Notes: generated from the sequence alone by a model not told the origin. 34,845 nt of DNA from a virus (IMGVR_UViG_3300031694_000020:1-34845), one strand, 5' to 3'. Positions 18,492 to 25,748 are shown, numbered from the stretch's first letter. Numbers and translations are program-made.

Positions 18492-18570
18492 TATCCTCTA
18501 TCATTTTTAAATACTTGTGCTGGTTTTCTTTCAGCACCTCATCAGATGTTGTGTCTGTTAATTCATTCAT
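18466..18570 (-). CDS. Acidic 34-aa micro-ORF (not in ORF track)
   Basis: ATGA-coupled to the upstream gene. MNELTDTTSDEVLKENQHKYLKMIEDNAYEPETN bridges the gap. Confidence 0.5.
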   Translation of the reverse strand: MNELTDTTSDEVLKENQHKYLKMIEDNAYEPETN

Positions 18571-18758
18571 GCTGTGTTCGCTACTCTATTAAGTTCAAGT
18601 TCAATACATGCAATAGTCTGCTTAGCATTAGAAGCCTCTAATGTTTTACCTTCTTTAATGAAGGCACTAAGTCTATTATTCCAATGGTTCAAATGGTCTA
18701 TTAGATTAGCAAGCGCAGTCTCTTGTTGAGGTGACCAGTACTCTTGTTCGTTAATCAT
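18567..18758 (-). CDS. Hypothetical protein
   Basis: AAGGAG RBS. Confidence 0.7.
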   Translation of the reverse strand: MINEQEYWSPQQETALANLIDHLNHWNNRLSAFIKEGKTLEASNAKQTIACIELELNRVANTA

Positions 18759-18775
18759 AAGTTACTCCTTTATAA

Positions 18776-19663
18776 TTACACTGCTATATCTAAGGCAGTA
18801 GGTTGAAGACTATGAAGATGTTCATAGGCTTTTTGTGCATCTGCTGATGCTGTCTTGATAATGGTGGAGTCAGACTTGAGTATATTAATATAGTGATGGA
18901 GATACTCAGCATGTTGTAGCTTACCGTCAAGTCCAAAGTGTTGGGCAAAGAAAGCGCTAGTAATTTCAGCTACTAACTCTTCGTATGCATACTCTTTGCT
19001 ACGCTTTGTACCTGTCTGGTCTCTATCAAGTCGTGACTTGTGCCCGGTCCAATGCCCAAGCTCATGGAATAGTGTAGCAATATATAACTCTTCACTTAGA
19101 AATGAATCAAGAGGTGGTCGGCCAATGTAATCTTCATGTGTTGCATAGAACGCTTGGTTAGGATGATCCCTGATGTCTGCTTGCGTAGCTTTTGCGAAGG
19201 TGTGAGCGTACTCGTGTGTGATAGGGGTCAGTGTATCAGTAGAAAAATCTAAGTAGTCTGTAAGCCCCGCTATTTGAGAGGCATTAAATACAGTAAATGA
19301 TCTGGATCTTTTGAGATATGGATCATCAGGCTTAGAGTCCTTTGGTTTAAACTCTATGACACGGATAAGTTTGGTGCCTTTCTCACCTTTAACTGATAGC
19401 TCTATGTTATTATCCGCACCATACTGTAACATTTGTTTGAAGGTCATCCATTTATTACAAGGGAAACCACGATGCATCGATGCCATCCAACACAGAAGTA
19501 CATTGATGCCTGTGTAGTGTGCGTTGGTGAACATATTAATAGGGAAGACACCAACATCGGTACCTTTCCAAGGTGTCAACCAACGTTCGCTATCACCTGT
19601 CTCTTCTATTTGTAATAGCCTGTCGATAATAAATGTAGTTACTTCTTCGTATAGTTCTTTCAA
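18776..19663 (-). CDS. ardC: ArdC-family antirestriction protein (ssDNA-binding N-domain plus zincin-like domain)
   Basis: W..PW, YTGINVLL, WMTFKQ, VKGEKGT, FTVFNASQI, HELGHWTGHKSRLDR and YAYEELVAE motifs. Confidence 0.92.
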   Translation of the reverse strand: MKELYEEVTTFIIDRLLQIEETGDSERWLTPWKGTDVGVFPINMFTNAHYTGINVLLCWMASMHRGFPCNKWMTFKQMLQYGADNNIELSVKGEKGTKLIRVIEFKPKDSKPDDPYLKRSRSFTVFNASQIAGLTDYLDFSTDTLTPITHEYAHTFAKATQADIRDHPNQAFYATHEDYIGRPPLDSFLSEELYIATLFHELGHWTGHKSRLDRDQTGTKRSKEYAYEELVAEITSAFFAQHFGLDGKLQHAEYLHHYINILKSDSTIIKTASADAQKAYEHLHSLQPTALDIAV

Positions 19664-19664
19664 G

Positions 19665-19769
19665 TTATTCTCCTTTGGTTATGTAGTAAGACATACCTAC
19701 CCACGATATAATAGCGGAGCCTAATGCTATCCATAGTTCAAAGTCAGACCAAGATTCCAGGCTACTCAA
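19665..19769 (-). CDS. 34-aa single-TM micro-protein (not in ORF track)
   Basis: TTG overlaps the upstream TGA. (M)SSLESWSDFELWIALGSAIISWVGMSYYITKGE stops 1 nt before ardC. Confidence 0.55.
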   Translation of the reverse strand: MSSLESWSDFELWIALGSAIISWVGMSYYITKGE

Positions 19770-20158
19770 CCTTCAGTTTCTTTTTCAAAGACAAGGAGAT
19801 CGTAAGGTAACAGTCCACTCAGTGTCTTCTGAAACTCTTTCATGTATAGGTTAGACTTATAGTTCTGGATGTAGTGTTGGTATCTTTTGTCTGCACTCTC
19901 GTCACCTGTGTCATACAACGCAGAGTTTTCTGCACCGATAGCTTCTGACTCAGTGTAATTTACAACCCAATCTTGTGCTATAACGACAGCTTCTCTAACT
20001 GTCATAGCACCAGCTATTATAGACATCTTCTCATCAGGATCTAATGTTTCAACCCAGCCATCCCATCCAAAGTCGTAGAAGTTTATGGCTACTTCATTAA
20101 TTACTTTGACATAGGCACGTGCTCTAACTTTTGAGTTTGTTTCAGGAATTTTTGACAT
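19766..20158 (-). CDS. Hypothetical early protein
   Basis: GGAG RBS. Contains YDFGWDGWVET. Confidence 0.75.
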   Translation of the reverse strand: MSKIPETNSKVRARAYVKVINEVAINFYDFGWDGWVETLDPDEKMSIIAGAMTVREAVVIAQDWVVNYTESEAIGAENSALYDTGDESADKRYQHYIQNYKSNLYMKEFQKTLSGLLPYDLLVFEKETEG

Positions 20159-20244
20159 AGAAATTCTCCAAACATATAAGAAATAAAAAGGGAAGGGTTC
20201 CTGTTACGACAGAATTTGCACCTCCGAGTTTTGAAGGAGACCCC

Positions 20245-20334
20245 TGTTGTTGTTGTTGTTTCTGTTGTTGTTTCTGTTGTTGTTTCTGTTGTTGTTGTTG
20301 TTGTTTCTGTTGTTGTTGTTGTTGTTTCTGTTGT
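20245..20334. repeat. Simple tandem repeat (TGT)n with TTC interruptions; minus strand reads (ACA)n GAA
   Basis: About 90 nt, intergenic, five CAGAAA interruptions. Confidence 0.95.
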
Positions 20335-20464
20335 CGTCTGTGGTTGTTTACTGTGTATAAATGCTCGGCAGTAAGCCGTCCTTATTCCTGTGGTTTTCTG
20401 AGTACACAATGCTTTGTGTACGTAACTAATGTATCGTATCCTTCATACGATTCTATGCTCGAGC

Positions 20465-20505
20465 AAAAAAAAGGGGACACCGAAGCGGTTAAGCCTCGAT
20501 GCCCC
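20465..20505 (-). terminator. Intrinsic terminator after 20522-21052
   Basis: Minus strand GGGGCATCGAGGC-TTAACC-GCTTCGGTGTCCCC followed by T8. Confidence 0.85.
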
Positions 20506-20521
20506 AAGGTTTAGGAGGTTG

Positions 20522-21052
20522 TTAAGCGACGTTGATTTCATCAGCTATTGATGCAAGCGCAGTGGTTTTCTTACGGTCAACAGTGGTTGCAACGGGCTTG
20601 CGCTCGCCGCGTGCCCATGCTTCTTTGTTAGCCAGCCATGTTGCAAAGGACTCTGCTTCTTCATGCGTGATTGCCTTGAATTTAGACTGGATCTCATCAA
20701 CCATGCACGTGATGTTGTACCACTGGATCTTCGATTGAGCTACGCGCTTGCGGAAGTTGTCAGCCATATCATCAGACTCGATGATGTCACGGTCGCCGCC
20801 AAGCTTGACATGGTGTGCTCGTTCTTGCTCCTCGGTACGGTCATAGTGATTCTTGGCTGTGAGCTGTGCGGCATACAGTCCACGCAACAGGTTGGTCATT
20901 ACAATTGAGTAACCAACGTGAGCGTAAGGATTGGTCTGCCCATTGTCGCGCTCGGACGTGGTACCAATGTCATTGGCATCAAGCATTGGTGTGAAATCTA
21001 AGTTAACAATGTTCATGTTAGATGCGTCAGTAGTTCCATTTGATTTTGTCAT
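20522..21052 (-). CDS. Hypothetical early protein (helical)
   Basis: AGGA RBS, its own terminator, and a long structured upstream region. Confidence 0.8.
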   Translation of the reverse strand: MTKSNGTTDASNMNIVNLDFTPMLDANDIGTTSERDNGQTNPYAHVGYSIVMTNLLRGLYAAQLTAKNHYDRTEEQERAHHVKLGGDRDIIESDDMADNFRKRVAQSKIQWYNITCMVDEIQSKFKAITHEEAESFATWLANKEAWARGERKPVATTVDRKKTTALASIADEINVA

Positions 21053-21099
21053 AATGTAGTTCCTATATGTTAAAGTTTAAGATCAGAGTTTATTCTCAA

Positions 21100-21343
21100 C
21101 GGGGGAAGCGTTCCCCCGATGGACCGCAATTGCCAGTAGTGTTGTGGTTGCGCCGAACCGTGACGGAGCACTTGCTCCGCTACGGCGCGACTCTCGGTGT
21201 CAACATCTAATTGGGACAGCGCGCCGCGCAACTTGTTGCGGCACTGGCGTAGCGGAGGCTCCGCAATTAGTTGTTGTACACCGACACTCACACTGGCATG
21301 AAGCGGGGAGTCGGGGGGACGTAACCCCGTTACTAAACTCCCC
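21100..21343 (-). ncRNA. Candidate structured RNA or ssDNA element
   Basis: Nested stems 21131-42/21284-98 and 21194-213/21264-284, plus several short perfect hairpins. Strand inferred from flanking genes. Confidence 0.45.
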
Positions 21344-21350
21344 ACACACA

Positions 21351-21608
21351 TCATCGTGCAACACCATATACCATACGATTGTCCCACGCATTGTCAGAAC
21401 ATTCGTGCAATTCATACTCGATGTCTGCAATTGATTGGCTGATCCAATCAAGACGCTCGGTAGTGACCGAGATCATAAGGTCATCGTCGATAGATGTCAG
21501 CCCATCACGCCATGAGATGATGAGGTAGTTCAGCTCACGTTGTACTGTATCACGTTCCGCAAGCAGTTCTTCATGGTGCTGTATAAGTAGATCCAATTCG
21601 TTAGTCAT
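21351..21608 (-). CDS. Hypothetical acidic coiled-coil early protein
   Basis: AGGAG RBS, 85 aa. Confidence 0.7.
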   Translation of the reverse strand: MTNELDLLIQHHEELLAERDTVQRELNYLIISWRDGLTSIDDDLMISVTTERLDWISQSIADIEYELHECSDNAWDNRMVYGVAR

Positions 21609-21609
21609 A

Positions 21610-21699
21610 TTATAATACTCCTAAGTTTGCTAAGATGAAGATGAAATTGTAGAAGAAAAAAGAAACGTTTATTAGAAAGAACCATATGTTGATACGCAT
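21610..21699 (-). CDS. 29-aa hydrophobic membrane peptide (not in ORF track)
   Basis: GGAG RBS. MRINIWFFLINVSFFFYNFIFILANLGVL stops 1 nt before the next ATG. Confidence 0.6.
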   Translation of the reverse strand: MRINIWFFLINVSFFFYNFIFILANLGVL

Positions 21700-21724
21700 T
21701 GTAATCTCCATTGTTAGTTGAAAC

Positions 21725-22380
21725 TCCCAAGCTAATCTCGGGATGATTCGGGGGGTCAGACATGCCAGAAATAACAGTGCGCTCAGAGCACCTCGATTGA
21801 GGGACGACCGCCGTTATGCGGTTGTTTCTCGGATGAGTGTGTGCGGGTAGTGGGAACGCAGGATTATCAGGTGAGGCACAAGCGCGCTGTGGTGCCTGTC
21901 TAGGACACGAATGTGCCGCTCTTGGGCGGGTGAAAAAAAATCTATGCCATGCTCGTCTGGACATGAACTCTATTTCATGGACAAAAAGAGTCTGCGCTAG
22001 CAGTCCAACATGGACGCACTCGTGCGTGATTTTATTTCTTCTCCTATACAGGCAATTTTGGTATGTCAGGTTCCACTAATCAGAGAGAGATAATATCATC
22101 CGACAGGATGATTCAATTCGAGCTTTGCTCGTTGGAGCGCTTGCTCCTAAACTATTCATGAGCGGGTAGCGAGTGAAGGGGGGTTCAGCATACTCGATAC
22201 TTTCTCTGGGGCAGTGTCTTTCTCACTGCCTAGCGCGATAACTGAGCGCTTGAAAGTAGGCAATTCTAGCGCATCGTAATTCAGTGAACGATACTACATC
22301 GTTTGCTTAATTGCGTTGACGCGGATTGCTAACAAGGGAGTCTGCGACAGCAGTCACTAACTCTGTTTACTGTTAAAGCA
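21725..22380. other. Hairpin-dense non-coding region (candidate origin, genome end or ncRNA)
   Basis: More than 12 short inverted repeats, a direct repeat GAGTCTGCGnnAGCAGTC at 21988 and 22338, and no credible ORF. Confidence 0.6.
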
Positions 22381-22389
22381 GAAGTTGTC

Positions 22390-22420
22390 TTGACAGGTTT
22401 AGGTAAATTCCCCTTATATA
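22390..22420 (+). promoter_or_regulatory. Putative promoter for terS
   Basis: Consensus TTGACA at 22390 with TTATAT/TATATA 18-19 nt downstream. Confidence 0.45.
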
Positions 22421-22468
22421 TCCCCTAAGGGATGTGCATACAGGACACGATAGAAAGGACTATGGAAT

Positions 22469-22861
22469 ATGAGTGGTACATACGTCACCAAGCCAGAAGC
22501 AAAGGAGTTGAGAAAGAAGGATATCTCAGCGTTGAGACTATCGATGATCGAACACATTGTCGCAACAGGTGATGGGCACTCGGCAACAGCTAGGTCGTTG
22601 AATTGTAACAGGTCTTCGGTAGTACAAGCCATGAATGATCCCTACGTTCAAGAGCTACTACAGCAGAAGGTGGGTGAACGACTAACAAGAGCAAGTGCAA
22701 TAGCTAGCAACACACTGATACGGCTGTCTAAGCAGGGGAAGAGTGAGTACGTACAGTTACAAGCGAGTGATTCCATACTGGATCGTACTGGGTTTAAGCC
22801 CCCGGATCGTAGTGTACATAGCATCCAAGGTGACGTACATATTCGTATCGATCTCGAGTGA
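22469..22861 (+). CDS. terS: Putative terminase small subunit
   Basis: HTH-like N-region, A..TL..L...KSEYVQLQASDSILDRTGFKPPDR and C-terminal IRIDL. Upstream of terL. Confidence 0.7.
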   Translation: MSGTYVTKPEAKELRKKDISALRLSMIEHIVATGDGHSATARSLNCNRSSVVQAMNDPYVQELLQQKVGERLTRASAIASNTLIRLSKQGKSEYVQLQASDSILDRTGFKPPDRSVHSIQGDVHIRIDLE

Positions 22862-23011
22862 TGGTGTGTAATTCATGTGGTAGTATAGGCTGTGGGTGTA
22901 TGTATATATGCGTAGGGGGGGGTTAAAAACTCGGTGTCTTTGCGAGTATATGTCCACTACACACAATTATTTTAAAAAAAAGCAATCGCACTAACGCAGG
23001 ATACTAATTAC

Positions 23012-23077
23012 ATGAAACATAAGTTCCTTATTATCTCAATATTATTTTTTTTCTTAGGATGTTCCTTCATAGGTTGA
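23012..23077 (+). CDS. Putative 21-aa lipoprotein-signal-like micro-ORF
   Basis: MKHKFLIISILFFFLGCSFIG with AGGA upstream. Confidence 0.35.
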   Translation: MKHKFLIISILFFFLGCSFIG

Positions 23078-23082
23078 ATACA

Positions 23083-23120
23083 TTCTGTGCGTTTACGCTT
23101 ATACCTTGTTCTGTAATTAA
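23083..23120 (+). promoter_or_regulatory. Putative late promoter (TTCTGTGCG box)
   Basis: TTCTGTGCG TTTACG N16-17 TAATTA/AATTAA, upstream of the terL operon. Confidence 0.5.
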
Positions 23121-23159
23121 TACCCCTCGATGTATTTTTTACTTATGGAGTTACACACA

Positions 23160-23405
23160 ATGCATATTGGTTCTTTGAAGAAGCGAATGATTAAACTAAG
23201 CAAACGCCTACACCGTTCTATTGATGGGTCTGCCCAGGGTGCCAAATTAGAGGGACTAGTTAATGATTTTGAAGCTACCGTTAACGATGCTCACAAAACT
23301 TTAGACGATGGCCGTGGGAAGGCTAATAAGGCACTTAGCAAAGCTGTTGGTATTGTAGACAAGGCTGTTGTTGCTCCGAAAATCAAAGCCCTAAAGAAAA
23401 AATAA
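23160..23405 (+). CDS. Hypothetical basic protein
   Basis: GGAG RBS before ATG 23160. Confidence 0.7.
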   Translation: MHIGSLKKRMIKLSKRLHRSIDGSAQGAKLEGLVNDFEATVNDAHKTLDDGRGKANKALSKAVGIVDKAVVAPKIKALKKK

Positions 23406-23596
23406 TGAGCTTCTGCTCAGAACTCCGGCATGAGGACTTGACGAGGCTCCGAAAGGTACTTCGTCAAATGTTTAAAGTCCGCACTAAGCGGCATGAGGTT
23501 TCGGATTGGGAGCTTGATAGATGGATAGAGTCCGTTGGCCCTAAGGTTAGGGAGCAAACAATACAACAGGCCGTTGATAAAGGTCTAGTGGAGTGA
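23405..23596 (+). CDS. Small hypothetical protein coupled to terL
   Basis: Overlaps both neighbours (TAATG and GTGA). Confidence 0.7.
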   Translation: MSFCSELRHEDLTRLRKVLRQMFKVRTKRHEVSDWELDRWIESVGPKVREQTIQQAVDKGLVE

Positions 23597-25134
23597 ATTA
23601 TGAATTTACTTATAAACCAGCGGGGGAAGTCCTTAAAACATTCCTTAAAGATGAAAGCTACTTCCGTGGTATACGCGGTCCTGTGGGTAGTGGTACCTCG
23701 TCTGCTTGCTGTGTCGAGATATTCCGTCGAGCGTCTCAACAAATTGCAGGACAAGATGGAATCAAACGCACCCGATTCGCAATAATAAGAAACACTAATC
23801 CGCAGTTAAAAACAACTACCGTAAAGACTTGGCTTGAGTGGTTTCCTGAAAAAATTTTCGGTAAGTTCAACTGGTCTGTACCGTTTACCCATAGCCTAAA
23901 GATAGGTGATGTGGAGTGTGAGGTTATATTCCTAGCGTTAGATCGTCCTGACGATGTAGACAAGCTTCTTTCGCTGGATCTAACAGGTGTATGGATCAAT
24001 GAGGCTAGAGAAATTAGCAAATCAGTTGTTGATGGCTGTACTATGCGGTGTGGGCGCTATCCTTCTATGAAAGATGGGGGTCCAACATGGTATGGTGTAA
24101 TAGCAGATACCAATGCACCCTCTGATGACCATTGGTGGCCTATCATGGCAGGTGAAAGTCCTATACCAGACTACATTCCTAGAGAAGAAGCGACCATGTT
24201 GCAGAAACCAGACAACTGGAAGTTCTTTACCCAGCCAGCAGGTATGGTTGAGAACTTTGATAGTACTGGAAAGGCTATTCTAAGCTACTCAATGAACCCT
24301 GACTCAGAGAATACTGGCAACTTGACCCCTGAATACTACAACAACATCATTAAAGGTAAGACTAAAAGCTGGATTGATGTGTATGTGATGAATAGATTGG
24401 GTACTATTGATGAGGGAAGGCGTGTATATCCTACATTTAACGATGAAGTGCACGTTGCGACTGAGAGTTTAATACCAATTGAAAGCCTAGACATCTTTAT
24501 TGGCATCGACTTTGGCCTTACCCCGGCGGCAATCTTTGGACAGCGCAGACCAGACGGTAGATGGAACATATTAAGAGAGCTAGTGACCACTGATATGGGC
24601 ACAGTTCGGTTTGCGGAGACTCTAAAGTATGAAATTAAAAGACATTTTCCGGGTTTTGGGCCTGATCGCTTTAATTTCTATGGTGATCCTGCTGGGGATC
24701 AGCGTGCCCAAACGGACGAAACCACACCCTTTCAAATTTTGCGTGCCAATGGCATCGTTGCCCTGCCCACCAATACCAATGATCCTGTTGTAAGGATCGA
24801 AGCGGTTGAGGGTATGTTAAATCGTATGGTTGATGGTCAGCCGGGGCTACTTCTTGACCCTAGTTGTAAGACATTGCGTCAAGGTTTCCGTTCCGGGTAC
24901 CAGTACCGTCGTCTTTCTGTCTCTGGTGATGCGCGTTATGAAGACAAGCCTAATAAAAACAAGTATTCGCACCCACATGACGCACTACAGTACATGGCTA
25001 TTGGTGCAGGAGAAGGTAAAAACATTTTACACGGCGGTCGAATGATGAAACAAACTAACATTAAACCGGAGATCAGTTTTTGGAATCGTCAGAGGAATCA
25101 GAGAAAAGGGTTAAGGGCTACATATGGTATGTAG
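23593..25134 (+). CDS. terL: Terminase large subunit
   Basis: Walker A-like GPVGSGTS, IIRNTNPQL, Walker B-like GVWINEARE, ADTNAP, nuclease IGIDFG, YGDPAG and SHPHDALQY. Confidence 0.93.
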   Translation: MNYEFTYKPAGEVLKTFLKDESYFRGIRGPVGSGTSSACCVEIFRRASQQIAGQDGIKRTRFAIIRNTNPQLKTTTVKTWLEWFPEKIFGKFNWSVPFTHSLKIGDVECEVIFLALDRPDDVDKLLSLDLTGVWINEAREISKSVVDGCTMRCGRYPSMKDGGPTWYGVIADTNAPSDDHWWPIMAGESPIPDYIPREEATMLQKPDNWKFFTQPAGMVENFDSTGKAILSYSMNPDSENTGNLTPEYYNNIIKGKTKSWIDVYVMNRLGTIDEGRRVYPTFNDEVHVATESLIPIESLDIFIGIDFGLTPAAIFGQRRPDGRWNILRELVTTDMGTVRFAETLKYEIKRHFPGFGPDRFNFYGDPAGDQRAQTDETTPFQILRANGIVALPTNTNDPVVRIEAVEGMLNRMVDGQPGLLLDPSCKTLRQGFRSGYQYRRLSVSGDARYEDKPNKNKYSHPHDALQYMAIGAGEGKNILHGGRMMKQTNIKPEISFWNRQRNQRKGLRATYGM

Positions 25135-25523
25135 GGTTTCGCAATTCAATGAGACCGCTCCCGTTACCTTGGAGGTGGGTGTGTAGAGATGGATATCAGC
25201 ACGTATACGCTATGCGGTATGATCCTTTTATGGACTGTTGGATACTTTGTGAGTGGCTTGGGATTCGTCTTCATATCGAGGTACTACGGGGAGAGAAGGT
25301 TGAGGCGTTATTCCATCAAGCCTCTCAAAACGGTGGGATGGTTTCTTATGAGTCTAAGTATAGTAATGGTATTGCTTTTAATTTCAGATTGCCCATCTAC
25401 TGTGTTACTTGGGCAAAACACTTGCTTGGATTGCAGTATTGCCCGGCTGTAACTCCTTATCAATTATTCTGTGCGTTGAGAAAACGCGGTGGGTCAGTCA
25501 TGTTCGAGCAGGAGAATAAATAA
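25080..25523 (+). CDS. Hypothetical protein, possibly permuted papain-like
   Basis: YQHVYA...YCVTWAK..LGL...TPYQL has His-before-Cys order. Start uncertain. Confidence 0.5.
   Translation: MESSEESEKRVKGYIWYVGFRNSMRPLPLPWRWVCRDGYQHVYAMRYDPFMDCWILCEWLGIRLHIEVLRGEKVEALFHQASQNGGMVSYESKYSNGIAFNFRLPIYCVTWAKHLLGLQYCPAVTPYQLFCALRKRGGSVMFEQENK
25467..25504 (+). promoter_or_regulatory. Putative late promoter (TTCTGTGCG box)
   Basis: TTCTGTGCG TTGAGA N17 CATGTT, just upstream of the head-gene block. Confidence 0.55.
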
Positions 25524-25744
25524 TGGATTGGTTTGGAAGTGACGAAAGAGAAGCGGCACCAGTAAAAGACCCTGAGATAGCCAGGTTAAAAGCTGAAGAC
25601 AAGAAACGTATAGAGGCCGCTTCAGATGCAAAAAAAGAAGAAGAATTTGCTAGATCAAAACGAATGCGTGGGTCTAAGTCTTTAATGTCTGGTGGGTATC
25701 GTGGTTATGACGATGATAAAAATAAACTAGGTACAAAGGTGTAA
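25523..25744 (+). CDS. Small charged virion-associated protein
   Basis: AGGAG RBS. C-terminal RG.KSLM...LG typical of pre-portal small proteins. Confidence 0.7.
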   Translation: MDWFGSDEREAAPVKDPEIARLKAEDKKRIEAASDAKKEEEFARSKRMRGSKSLMSGGYRGYDDDKNKLGTKV

Positions 25745-25748
25745 TCCA

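Noticed and set aside
18505-18546. Hammerhead ribozyme (minus-strand CTGATGAG plus stem)
   Set aside because: The stem is not followed by GAAA, and the region is explained by a coupled 34-aa ORF.
20245-20334. CRISPR array
   Set aside because: A simple trinucleotide repeat with no unique spacers, and no cas genes.
20101-20409. Thr-rich ORF spanning the ACA repeat
   Set aside because: TTG start without an SD, overlaps the next gene out of frame, and is open mainly because the repeat lacks stops. Not fully excluded.
21070-22079. ORF-track calls 21070-21387, 21144-21434, 21200-21451, 21605-21964 and 21837-22079
   Set aside because: No SDs, atypical composition, mutual overlaps, and they are expected in GC-rich hairpin DNA with few stops.
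21053-22468. tRNA genes
   Set aside because: No cloverleaf with a T-loop GTTCRA and matching acceptor stem seen by eye. tRNAscan-SE or ARAGORN would settle it.
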